Of a DNA stretch of 64,000 nt, positions 47,321 through 59,893 are shown piece by piece. Below the pieces are notes generated by a model that worked only from the letters and a program-made list of their open reading frames with translations, had not been told where the DNA came from and made no database searches. Where the stretch lies: assembly GCF_009834535.1 (NCBI RefSeq), contig NC_045698.1:10046001-10110000 (forward strand). Reading direction: 5' to 3'. Position 1 is the first letter of the stretch, and every line of letters begins with the position of its first letter. This DNA is from Camelus ferus. Its lineage: Eukaryota. A program made the translations under genes and the position numbers.

Positions 47321-50300
47321 TTCCACACATATTAGTAATCTAAGGTGGCACATTATGAAATTAAATATTATTCAGTATAAGATTTGATATACAAAAATTT
47401 TGTTAGCCTCTAACTGGCTTCTTACACTTCAGTCTCGAGTACATTCTCACTGCCAAGGTCATCTCCCCCTTCAGCATAACAGTCTTCTATTAAACTTTGC
47501 CCTAGTCCACGGCTGAAAGTAATTCCTCTTGCTTCCTAGTTTCACTTCATATGATGCACCACTTGCTACTTTGTGTACTGATTGCTTAGGTACCTGTCTA
47601 ATTTCAACTACTAGATATTAAACTGCTTCAGGTCAGGATCCGAATGAGATGGGTCTCTGCTTGTGCACAGCACTTAGCGAACGGCTAGCTTATTGCACCT
47701 GGCCCGCAAACAGTTGCTGATCAGATAAATAAACAAGTGAGTTCCTCCACCCAAAATGAGCTTCAGCGGCTCCGCATTGTGCAGCCTGTTGTTCAGAACC
47801 TTTACAACCAGCTCCGCCCTCGTTGCATTCGTTCCACTGCTAGCTCCGTCCACCTCCAGCTGCATTCGCATGATTTTTCATACGTAATAACTCTTCTCCA
47901 GTAAAATCAATTTGCTGAGTTCCATGCCTTTTTCTATGATTTTTTCCTGTCTGGTAGAAAACACATACACACTCACAAACACACACACCCTATTGTTATT
48001 CTTCCCACCTCCTGAACAAGAGTTAGAATCCCAAGGTTCCCGTTTCCATGGGAATCTTCCACCATCCATCATCCACACATCTTTGTCAGCTAGGACCACA
48101 CAAGTAAGCAATTTCCAACAGTGCCCAGTAGGGGGGGATGTGACCATAATCTCCCACTAGTTCCAATGCTTTTTTTTGGAGACCCGAAGATTTTTAAAAA
48201 GCCGTATGTTTACAGAAACTTCTCACAGATTAAAAACATAAATAAACAACAGTTCAGCCACCTCCTTCCTCAGATCACTCACAAGCTATGAGTCATCTCC
48301 ACTAACCAAACCCCTGTAACTTAAAGCCCTGATAACAAGGACAAAACCGTTTGACCATTTTTAATCTCTGTGGCTGAAAACACAACCAGTTTATTTTTCA
48401 AAGTTACATCTGGAGGACTTCAGTCCATTTGCATTCTTACTTTTTTAGAAAATCAATAAAGTGTATTCACAGACTGAGTGTTGTATCTGTGTAGTTGAAT
48501 CAGGAACCAGTATGGCAAAATTGAATGTCTTGCCTTTCATAAGCAGAGATTAGAGAAAATGAATAAAATTAATTCTGTACTGCCCACTTCTTCCCCATTC
48601 CACCTACTTCTTCCCTCCATCTAGATTTTTTAATATGTTTTATAACCGTTTACCCTATGGCAGTTGTTATTTCATGTACTAGATTTAAGATACCACAGGA
48701 TGTGGCTTGACTCAAGTATTAATCATTGAATCATGCTGATTACAAACCAGAAGTGAACAGTCATCATGAAATACACAAACCATGTCACATCACAGGGAAC
48801 AAAAGATAGCCCAGCCTAGTCTCACTCTGGGACACAGGGGATCTCACAGAGAATAAATAGGGTTTAGTGTTTTATAAGCTTATACATTAATGAAGCTAGA
48901 AGAAGTCATTGTGTATCATAGATGAGAAAAGATCCAGAGAGATCAAAGGGAACTCTTCAAGACATCAGAGCCAGTTAGTGATGGAATAGAGACTAGAAAC
49001 CAACCCTTTGGACCAGTTTCCTGTAGGATGCTCTTCATCTATAAACACCATTTATTGTTCTTCTTGCAGTGTCAGCGAGAGATGAAATCTTAAATGGATC
49101 TTTTTTTGCACCCAGGTCCTTTAAACACATACTAAAGAGGCAATACAAACACCAGGTTGTCTTGAATAACTCCTCTCTAAGGAGCCAGCCAAGCTTTCAA
49201 CTCAAGGCTGTCACATTGGCACCTTTTTAAAAAAGTGCTCATGAGAAGGGTCATCAAGGAAGAAACAAAATCCATCCTTAGTGCCTGTTGTCTGTGTCAG
49301 CACACATCCTATTCATTTCTCCTGTAATTATTTAGTGGATGGAGTAAGAGCAAGGACGTGTTATTATATTAGGAAGTTATTTGTTCCTTGAATCTAAAGA
49401 TTATGCCTACAGCTCGCGTTACATCAGAGGTAGGATGTAAATGCTTAAAGCTCTGTTAAAATGACAGTGCTTTAATAGCAATGGCACTTGAAGTTTATGA
49501 CACCTTTCAGGGTGGATCTCAAAGCACTTGGCAAATATTCATTACATTTCAACAGGGTATGATACCCAAGGATTTCCTTTTTATAAGTCCAAGAAAAGAA
49601 AAACAATTGCCTTTTTAAAAAATCTGCCTGTTTTTTTTTTTAGCCCTAACATTCTTATATTTAATTATGCCTAATTCTTAAATTACCCAAAAGTCTCTTG
49701 GCAATAAATTTCTGTAATAGAAAATTAAATAAATAAAGTGATTGACTTCATTAGGATGAGAACTTGTACATCCTGAGCTTATTCAGAAGAAATACTAACT
49801 TTTCTGGCTTTGTAACATAAGATTCACACAAAGAACCCTCACAAAGCATCATCTGAAATTCCAGGGGTGGAAGGTATAAAGCAAGTCACCAAAGAATACA
49901 GCACCTTTTAAAAAAATCTTCAAAAGCTAGAATTCTTCCCTGAGCTACCACTGTTAAAAATTAATCCAGGAATTCAGGTTTGGAGACGAGGTAGGAGGGA
50001 GGGTGGGAGGGAATTAGAAAAGGAGGAGAAGCAAAGACTGTTTAAATATTTATGATTTTTATTTGAAATCAGAGAAAGATTCCCTCCTTTCAAACTTGAA
50101 GTGTCATGATAATTAAGGACTTCAGATATTTTATGTTTTATCTGATGAGTTTTGACTTCAAAGGAGTTTAGAGGGCAAAGTGTCAGCCAACACTTTTACT
50201 GTAGCCCCCCACGCCCACCCCCGAAGCCTCAGCCTCATCACAGTGGCTTCAGCACGGTCGCTCCCAACATGGCACCCTGGGGACAATTTCTCTACTCTAA

Positions 50301-50349
50301 AATGGCCAACGAAAGCCCCTAATCTTGGTGTTCCGAACGTCCGTTGTTG

Positions 50350-50893
50350 AGTAATAAACAAGTCCAAAACATAAAAGCTCAAATAACAATTTATGATTGT
50401 GTCTCACAGTTCTGTGAGTTGACTGGGCTGAGTGGTTCCTGCTCAGAGACTGATGGAGTTGCAGCCTGATACCATGTCAGCTGGGGTTGTGGTTACCTGG
50501 AGACTCGCTGGGTTGGACATCCTCTGAGGTGCATCCACGGAGGCCACAGCAGAGATGGCTCAGCCGGGGCTGTTGACCTACATGAGCCTCTCCATGTGAC
50601 TTGGACTTCCCACAGCCGGGAGGCCAGGTTTCCAGAGGAGCACTGCAGGGATGAGTGTTTCAAAGGGCAGGAAGCAGAAGCCGCCAGGCCAGTGAGGGGC
50701 TGTGCTGGGAACTGTGGCAACGTGATTTCCACAGTAACCAACAGATGAAAGTAGCCACAGGGCCCACCCAGGTTCCAGGGTGTGGAGAAATAAATTGCCC
50801 CTCCCGATGGGGAGCAGGAAGGTCACCTTGCCGAAAAGCATGTGGGATGGGAGATGCCGTTGCAGCCATTTTTGGAACATATGATCCACTGCA
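50350..50893 (-). mobile_element. MaLR solo LTR (MLT1F/G/H-like)
   Basis: tctcacagttctgtgagttgactgggctgagtggttc...cctctccatgtgacttggacttcccacagc...tgtgggatgggagatgccgttgcagccatttttggaa. Confidence 0.8.
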
Positions 50894-52169
50894 CTCAGCT
50901 TTGTCATTAACCTGCAACGAAGCTATCCAGCTGCAGATAAATTTCCATTTCCACAGTGTTATTCTGTGCTTAATTGGGCACAGAGTAATACTCAATTTAT
51001 TTTTTCTAACTGTTGCCAAGGTTACACTTGGGTCTTAACTGATAGTAGTTCGTACCCTTTTATACCTTCAAAGGCTATTCTAATTCAGACAGGTATCGGA
51101 GCCCAGCGATAACAGCTCATGGGGAGGAGGGCATGGCTGAAGCTGCCACTATTTGATTGACAATCACGATAGTGCTGTGTCCCTGTGGCAGCTCCCAGCC
51201 TCTCAAAGAGGACCAGGCAAGAACATGTAACTAGATCAGTTCAAATCCATCACAATCATGAAAACTGTTTTTACTGAGTTCACAACCAACCTCTCTTTCA
51301 AGCCTTATGTCCCAATATTTCTCACCAGCATCCGTATTCTGATCCAACCAGACTTCTCACGTTGTGATTCCTGGCCTTGTTTGCTCTGTCTTCTCTACTC
51401 CCACCTCTCCCCATCCCAGCTCAGACTCCACACCCACATGCCCACTGATTGAAATACCACTCCTTCTGTGGCAAATTCAAATGCCAGTTCCTCTAGGTTG
51501 ACTTCCTTCCTGATTGCCCTGCCGAATGGGTGGAACCCTGATCTTCTTTGAACCTCTGTAACTTTGCCTGCTGCCTCTGGGGACTCCTACCTTGTCTACC
51601 TGGAGTCACAGTCCTGTTGAGGCTTGTCTAATTCCTTCCCTTTACCTTTGCATCCATTCCCTACACAACCCAGGGCAATGGCTCCCACACCACAGGTGGC
51701 GTTGAAGAGTGTTGAATTGGATTGAACCTTCAGGAATGTCATTCTCCTTAAATTGTCATCCACATTCACTCATTCGTCCACTTAGTAACCTGACAAATCC
51801 AACAAACAGTGATAGGGCATAGTCCCCACACTAAACCAAAAGACTGTTTTAACATAACTCTACACTTAAATACATACTCCCACTTCCACAAGAGAAACGA
51901 GCTTACCAGAGGAGACAGGCACCACGTGTCACATATTTACTTCCATTTCAGCTCCTTAAAGACCAGAACAGATGTCTCTTGGTGCTAGATCAAGGACGAT
52001 CCAAAGACCTGAGTGAAGCTTCCACAGAACCTGGAATTCATCGTCTGCTCAGTGCGCCCTTGGCAGCCAGACCTCCAACAGGCCCACAAATGTTGCCCCT
52101 TCTGAGCACGTTCACAAATGTGGGGACTTCCTCGGTGAATATCTGACTCTGTTTCTGCTCCATCCACAG

Positions 52170-52255
52170 GGGGCTGGATGATCTGTCCGTCTATGCTCCC
52201 AATGTGGCTCCTAAACTTTCTACTCCCTGGGTTGGTCTTTGCTACTTTCTTACAG
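52170..52255 (+). other. Candidate spliced exon (86 nt), gene unknown
   Basis: Branch-point-like CTGAC at 52143-52147, pyrimidine tract, cacag acceptor ending at 52169, and a perfect CAG|GTAAGT donor at 52253-52261. No transcript evidence. Confidence 0.4.
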
Positions 52256-52516
52256 GTAAGTCTTTATACCAGGAGAAAGGCCAGCAAAATGAGTTCCAGG
52301 CCTTTCTTGGAGGACAGTCAGAAACTCCCCACTCAAGGTGGAATGAAATCTTCTAACACAAAGGCGAGTTATTTAGCCCCTCTGGTCTCCGTTTCCTCGA
52401 GTGAAAATGGGACTAGTTACAGCCCCTACTTCGATTAGGTGATGCACGCATGCATTACTACTTTGCCAGTAAGCAGCCCATGAATGTGAAGTTTTCTTGC
52501 TGTTGCTGAATTACTG

Positions 52517-52870
52517 CTGTCTCGGGTCATGTTTCTCAGAAGCAGACTCTGAGACAAGGAAGAGTCTGATTCTGGGCTAAGTCACAGGGAGGGCAGTGTC
52601 AACCGAATCCATGAGGGGATGGGGAGTGGGAGCACTCATCGTCAAGGGCACGGGCTTCCTGGGGGAAAGAATTTCCTGGCACTGCCTGCTCTCTTGGTTG
52701 ACAGGCAAATGAGCTCCAGGACCCTAAGCGCAGTTCTCCAAGAAGAGTGGCAGGTGTGAGCCTTGGGAAACAAAAGCACACTAGAGCTGGGAGAGCAAGC
52801 AGGACCATAGAGGGGACCCAAGGGGTCTGGGGGAGTCCTGAAGTATGTGTCTAGCTGTCTTCTGCAAAGC
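52517..52870 (-). mobile_element. ERVL LTR (LTR16-like), degraded
   Basis: tgtctcgggtcatgtttctcagaagcagactctgagacaagg antisense terminus. Confidence 0.55.
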
Positions 52871-53282
52871 ATTTCCTGCAATTCTTGTCTTTGATTTGCC
52901 TTTTCATTCTACCAGCCCATTCTCTGTCCTACACTCCAGCTCATTTGACAGCCTATAGCCGGTTCATTCATTCAGCAAACACTTACTGAGTCCTACTATG
53001 AGCAGACACCATGCTGGCACCTAGGAATAGATCACAGAAAAAAATAAACAAAAATATTCAGTGGTGGTGAATTTTACCACCTTTTAAAATATATCTAATT
53101 TTTAGAAATAGCTGAAAAGTCAGAGAAGATGTGATTAACCACATGGCAATTTTTGCCCAGAGTAGACTGCAATTATACATTAATAAGACTAATTTTCTCC
53201 TAAGCCTATTAAACTAATCTTTCCCAGGCAATACTTTTCATAGGACTTTTGTTTTAAAGTACACTTTAAAAAAAGATTACAG

Positions 53283-53341
53283 AGGGAAATTGATACAACA
53301 TTGAAAAATGACTATAACTCAATAAAAAATGTGAAAAAAAG
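53283..53341 (+). mobile_element. Extremely truncated (59 bp) young L1 3' end
   Basis: ggaaattgatacaacattgaaaaatgactataactcaataaaaaatgt matches the ends of the L1s at 42033-42291 and 16617. TSD aaaagattacag at 53271-53282 and 53342-53353. Confidence 0.9.
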
Positions 53342-54735
53342 AAAAGATTACAGTAAGTACCTATTCACAGCATGGAAAACTTGGAAAATAAAAAAAGTAA
53401 ATTAATCACCTATAATTCCACTGACTTAATACAACTACCCTCAGCATTTGGGGGGATTTTCTTTCTGTCTTTTCTTCTGTCTATTTCACTTTTTTAAAAA
53501 ATAAATTTGAAATAATTAATGTACATTCATACATTCCTTTCTCATTTCATGTATTACCATAAGCATAGTCCCACAGTCTACATGAACAATATTTTAATGA
53601 TCATATAACATGAGATTCTTTATTAATTCATTCCCTATTATTAGCTCTTTGGGTTATTCACAGTATTTTCACGAAATGATCCAATTGATTAATTGGGAAA
53701 ATAACTTCAAAGGAGGAGTTTCAATTATACGTGAAGCAGTGAAACCACAGTCGCAATGAGTCAGGATTCTGGGGGAGCACTCCTGAAGGACGACCCTGAT
53801 TTGGATATATCAGGTTTAACGTGTTGATTAAAAAAAAAACAGTCACCTTACCCTGCAGTTTCATATTTCACATGCTTGAGAAGTTCTTTATAATTTTACA
53901 GGAGGCCTCCAAAAGAGGAATTCTTGGAATTTGATTTTTATCTCCATCCGGCTGCATCAGAAGCCATCTCCTAAAACTCCCTGGAAGTGCTCTGCCACCC
54001 CTTGAGGGGAGGACACTGGAGGGAGAGGCCGGGGCATCCTGCGATTTGTCCATCCATGTTACTCCTGCCAAGGCCTCAGCTGACCCCGGAAGGGCCTTTG
54101 CGGCAGCTCTCCCGGAAAGGCCCCCAGGTCTAGTTGTCACTGCTTTTTCAGAAGGCTCTCCAAGGTCCCAGACATCTGTTAGACACGGCCCAAGACAAAG
54201 ACAGTTGGGAAAACCCACAAGGAAGGAAATCCCACCGTGAAAGGAGCTGCCTCTGGGGTCCACTGAGAGCCATCGTTGACCATTGTGCAGTTACAAAGGC
54301 TCAAGTCTATGGCAGATCCTGATTCCGGGTCAGTCTCTTGGCTGCTGTAGAGGAGGACTGAGGAGGGACACAGAAGTGCCTGTGTCCCCAGCAGTGCCTG
54401 CCAGTGGCTGACGGGGCAGCTGAGGGACTGCTGCCAAGAGCTGGACTCCATCTAGAGAGGGCCTGGCCCCCCAAGGAGACCACACGACAGGCACGACAAT
54501 GGGCCATTAGCTCTCTGGGGCTTCCCCCCACCACACACCCTGGAGTGCTGGCATTTCCCGCCTGGCCCCCATGCTCGTCTAGAGCTCCCTGCAAACTGTA
54601 GTAAACCAGTCAAAACTTTCCAACAGCCACCTGCACAGACGCCCCAGGCAGGATGAATATGCAAAAGTCTGCCTTCTTTATCCACACCCCCACCAGCATC
54701 CCCCGGTAAGGCCAGGAAAAAGGAGAATGAGTTTT

Positions 54736-54897
54736 TCGATTTTTTTTTTTAAACAAAGGGGATTTATTTAGTTTACTTAACTAGAAAGTTTATTTGGAGA
54801 AGTAATTGGGCTTATTTATTTATTTTTAATGGAGGTACTGGGGATTGAACCTATACTAAACACATGCTCTACCACTGAGCTATACCCCTCTCCCCCA
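54736..54897 (-). mobile_element. tRNA-derived SINE (camelid vic-1-like)
   Basis: Reverse strand ggggtatagctcagtggtagagcatgtg...ggttcaatccccagtacctcc. TSD agaatgagtttt at 54724-54735 and 54898-54909. Confidence 0.9.
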
Positions 54898-56439
54898 AGA
54901 ATGAGTTTTAAAAATATATAAACTGTTCACAATGGGGAGCGGGCTTTCAGTGCTGCTCACCGTGTCAGTGCCTTTGGCAGATGGTTGACGTCAGCGTGCA
55001 AAGCACGCTGGGTGAAGAGGACAAGCATGTGGGAGGGAGACAGGGGTGTCCAAGAGGCATCAGAAAATAAAAATCATCTCAAAGCTGCTGTCGACAGCTT
55101 TCTCTTAACAGTTTCTGCAGCTCATCAGAAGCCTTCGTATGACAGATGCTATGGTCCCTGAAGTGGGCCACTAGGGCAAAGGGTCAGGCCTGGGTGTTGG
55201 CATGGACCGCAATCCAGCTCCTGCTCTCCAGGATTAAAACTGGAAATGACCTCACGCTTGATGGGCTCAGCCTGAGGCTCTTTATTTTTACTCAGGGCTG
55301 GGAGAGGAGGTGGTTTCTTAAAAAAAAAAAAAAACTTCTAAAAAGAGGAAAGGGAAATCAGGTTAAAACAAAAACTAACACAAACATTTTTCCTATACCA
55401 CCACAAGTGGACTTCTAGAGCTGACATATCTAAACATCTCCTCTAAGGAAATACAGTTAAAGAAACGTGGGAAGGGGATTGTGATAACAGAGTCTAATTT
55501 GCAGGCTGAAGGGCATCCTAAGGTAGAGGAGGCTCCCTATTGCTGGCTTCCGTGAGGCCATGGCCATGGGCTGGTGTCCACTATAAAGGGTGAGGGTCAG
55601 AGCTGGGGGCCCAGAATGTACTACTTTGCAAAAGCGTAAAGGGCATTTAGCATGGAAGAGTGTTGGCAGGCGTCCTGTGTAGGGCTGATATGTGGAAAGC
55701 AGGCTCTACTAGAGGTGTATCTGCTGTTAAAATGATGACTACTTCCACACTGGGGGGCAGAGGCTGTTGCCCCAAACCTCGTTGGGGCTACTCCTCTTCT
55801 ACCCCCACCCCTCGACCCTCCCAGCACTGAAAACCAAGGACCAGCATCTCCAGGAGCCAACCTGGCAATTGCCAGCCTGTAGGTGTACCAGGAACCCTGC
55901 CACACGCAAACCCCATCCCTGTGTGTTCACCACCCCAGCCAGGAAGGGCTCGGACCATAGTACTGGGGAAAAGGCCAGTGCTGGGTAACCAGGTGCACCG
56001 TTTACCCAAGGCATCCTCAAGAACACAGCCCCCGAACGGTACCATCTAGACATGTATCAACGCTACCTTTGTACATACTTAATAGCAGGGCTTAATATCC
56101 CATTTAAGACTTCCTCAGACCTTAGAGTTACCAAAGTGTGAGTAATTGTACTGTGCTTTTTGTTGTATAGAGGACAGTCTAAAGCAGAGAATATTTAAAT
56201 AACTAAGACATGCTAGGCTAAATACTAGCCAAGGCAGAGCCAAGACTCTGAGATCCTTCAAAGCCATCAGGAAGAACTAGATCTTCCATGAAGAGCTTTT
56301 TGGAAAATTTCTCTTCCTCTTTTAAGTTGTGTCCAATCTATATTAAATCTCTTAACTGAGTTGGGGGGTTTTGTCTAAAAAAAGTATGGGAGAAATAATG
56401 TTTCCATACAAAGGTGCAAAGCTGGAAGCTACATGCTTC

Positions 56440-56610
56440 CCATGTAATCCTCATGGGCTCTGACACTGGGTTATGGACCCCTTTTACAGATGAAGAAACT
56501 GAGGCTTAGAAAAATTAAGTAATTTACTCAAGGGCCTAGAAGCTAGAAGATGGCAGACAGCATTGGAAGCCAGTTCTGTCTAACTAAAAAGCCCCATATT
56601 ACTCGCTCTC
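56440..56610 (-). mobile_element. MIR
   Basis: ttttacagatgaagaaactgaggcttagaaaaattaagtaatttactcaagg. Confidence 0.8.
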
Positions 56611-56743
56611 CACCTAACACTGTCTCATCTGTGATTGGTAAACAGTTTGCCCATGGTGTTACCTGTATTGGGAAGTTACTTAGCTATTATGGTTTGAAAG
56701 AAAAAAAGGCTTATGGAAGTGTGAGGTCAAGAGCATGTGCTTT

Positions 56744-58175
56744 CCCCATGCAGATCAATGAAGTTAGAACAGCACCTCACACCGTAGACAAAAATAAATT
56801 CAAAATGGCTTAAAGACTTAAACATAAGTCAAGACACTACAACCTCATGGAAGAAAAAGTAGGCAAAACATTCTCTGACATAAATCTTAGCAATGTTCTC
56901 CTAGGCAGTCTACCCAGGCAATAGAAATAAATGCAGAAAGAAACAAATGGGACCTAATGAAACTGATAAGCTTTCGAACAGCAAAGGAAACTATAAACGA
57001 AACAAAAAGACAATCTACAGAATGGGAGACAATATTTGCAAGCGATGTGACTGACAAGGGCTTAATTTCCAGAATATACAAACAGTTCGTACAACTCAAT
57101 AAAAAAAACAAAAAACCCAAACCAAAACTGGCAGAAGACATAAACAAACATTTCTCCAATGAGAACATATAAGTGGCCAAAAGACACATGAAAAAATGCT
57201 CAATATCACTAATTATCAGAGAAATGCAAATCAAAACTACAATAAGGTATCACCTCACACAGAATGGCCACCATTAAAAAGTCTACAAATGATAAATGCT
57301 GGAAAGGGTGTGGAGAAAAGGGAACCCTCCTACGTGTTGGTGGGAATGTAGTTAGATGCAGCTATTATGGAAACAGTATGGAGATTCCTTAAAAAAACTA
57401 AAGATAGACTTACCATATGATCCAGCAATCCCACTCCTAGGCATATATACAGAGGAAACTCTAATTAGAAAAGATATATGCACCCCAATGTTCCTAGCAC
57501 TATTTACAATAGCCAAGACATGGAAGCAACCTAAATGTCCATTGACAGATGATTGGATAAAGAAGTTGTGACGTGTGTATGTGTGTGTGTATATATATAC
57601 ACACACTATATATAAACTATATATATAATTATATAAATAAACTATATATATTTTATACACACACACTATGGAATGGAATACTATTCAGCCATAAAAAAGA
57701 ATAAAATAAGGCCATTTGCAGCAACATAGACGGACCTGGAGATTGTCATACCAAGTGAAGCAAGCCAGAAAGAAAAATACCATATGGTATCGCTTAAATG
57801 CGGAATCTTCAAAAAAAGTGACATATTTTTATTTATGTCATATTTACAAAATGTTTACAAAACAGAAACAAACTCACAGACATGAAAACAAACTTATGGT
57901 TACCCAGGGAGGATGTGGGGTGGAGGGATAGATTGGGAGTTCAGGATTTCCAGATACTAACCACTATATAAAAAATAGATAAACAACTGGGCCCTTCTAT
58001 ATAGCACAGGGAACTGTATTCCTTATCTTGTAATAGCCTATAATGAAAAAGAATATGAAAAGGACTATATATGTATAACTGAATCACTATGCTGTATACC
58101 AGAAATTAACACACCATTGTAAACCAACTATACTTCAACTAAAAAATTAATTAATTAAATAAAACAAATGAAAAA
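56744..58175 (+). mobile_element. Young 5'-truncated L1 (ORF2 3' part and 3' UTR) with internal (TA)n/(TG)n expansion
   Basis: ORF2 fragments ([44 protein letters not shown]...KTWKQPKCP). Microsatellite at about 57570-57668. Degenerate 15-bp TSD at 56729-56743 and 58176-58190. Confidence 0.95.
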
Positions 58176-59593
58176 AAGATCACATGCTTTGGAGAGAAAG
58201 TCAATTGTCACCCTTCAGAGAGGAGTTGATTTCCCCAAGTGTCCCCCAAGTCTCAGGCTCATCTGGCCATGCCCCATTCACCTGCTCAAGAGAAGAGGTG
58301 TCACTGTCTAGATGGTGTCATCTCTTCTGGCCAGACAGACTCTGTCTCCTCCAGACTGCTAATCTTGTGTCAACCACCACTTTCTTCTTATAGCCTATTA
58401 TTGATAAATACATATTTTTTTCTCTGCTAGACTCTAATCTCATTCAAATTGGAATCCATGAATGATCTTTTTTTTATCCTATACATCTAGCAAATAACAC
58501 AAGAGATGCTCATATCAGTTGAGTGAAGGAATGAATGAGTATGGCAGATAATCTTTTCTCTCTCTCATTTTACATCCTACACCGGTTGCACACAACACAA
58601 CACAGATGCTGAATAGCTGTGCACTGAGGGAGTGAATGAGTGTAGGGATACAGAAATGGTCCTCGATCTGCAAGGATTCACATCAAAAGGTTGTTTCTCC
58701 AAGGATGTAACTAAGAACGTGACACTCTTAGTAATATGAGACATGGTTACGGCCAGAGGAAAACACTGGTCAGTAAGAGGTCAATGGGCCTCTGTCACAC
58801 CCATCAGATTATAATTATTTTTCTCTGAAAGTCCTGCATTTCGACCACTTTTTTAAAAATCTTAACAATGATTGGTTATATTGTCACCTGAAGTATTTAA
58901 CTTCAGACAGAGGATTCTCAGAATGTGTCTCTAATGACAGAACTCAAAGGAAGATGAAACCCAACACCAGGGCAGTCAACCCTCCTCAGCCCTTAGAATT
59001 ACCTTGTTTTCCAGTTTTCCAATAGTCATTCTTTGTTTTCACTTGGTCTTGGAAATTGTTACTTTTTTAAAAGAACCAAACTCAAATCACTTTTTTAAAA
59101 GAACCAAAGAACAGGTGTTAATATGCCAACACCTGTGATTTCATGGGACTTTAATGCTCAGAGTACAATCCTCACCTGCACATTTTTGAAAAATAAAGTT
59201 TACTGAAGTCAGTTACAATATTTAAGTGAAACAGATGTTAGCTGGCCCTAGACCAGTCACAGAGACACATGTCAAAATATAACAGTTGGAGCAGAAACCC
59301 AACCTTGTTCAGAAACTAGCTTACTTCAAGATGGGAGAACCAATTTATATTATCTCACAAGGGCATTGCTTAATCCAGACTTAATTTTACCTAATTTGAG
59401 GATCACATGACAGTTATTGCAACACAACTAGTTTCTTCATTTCTACCTTCATGTCTTACTTCCAGAGAGAATGACCCTTTGCCTCTGAGTGAATGGCCCT
59501 GTCCAATTTTCAGGAACATGAAGGACTGTCAGAATTTGTCAGCTGCAAGGCAGGCCCGGTGATGGTCTCAGCCAGCATCAAGGAGTCAGAATA

Positions 59594-59639
59594 AAAAAAA
59601 AAAAAGAATTAAAAAAAAAAAGAATTAAAAAAAAAAAAA
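59594..59639 (+). mobile_element. Tail-only retroposed insertion
   Basis: A-runs separated by two gaatt units, flanked by a perfect 14-bp TSD aaggagtcagaata at 59580-59593 and 59640-59653. Confidence 0.8.
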
Positions 59640-59689
59640 AAGGAGTCAGAATAGCCCATCAGCGTCGTCCTCAGTTTGGCTCAGACGGC

Positions 59690-59893
59690 CAGGCCCTTAG
59701 CCCCCTTCACTGGTCTGGATACAGGTTGCCACAGGAATGGGTATGACCTTGGGCAAGACCGCTTTCTACAACAGAGAGGCTCCCTGAAGCGGGTGACCAC
59801 TGAAGGCTGTCTGCTGACAGTGTTCCCAGCAGCTGCAGCAACACATCTTTTATTGAAGGCAAGTCCTGGTGGTACAACACAGAGCCCACCACA
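59690..59893 (-). mobile_element. ERVL LTR fragment (LTR33-like)
   Basis: ccttgggcaag...ccctgaag...ctgaaggctgtctgctgacagtgttcccagcagctg...gcaac...attgaagg...ccaccaca. Confidence 0.6.
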
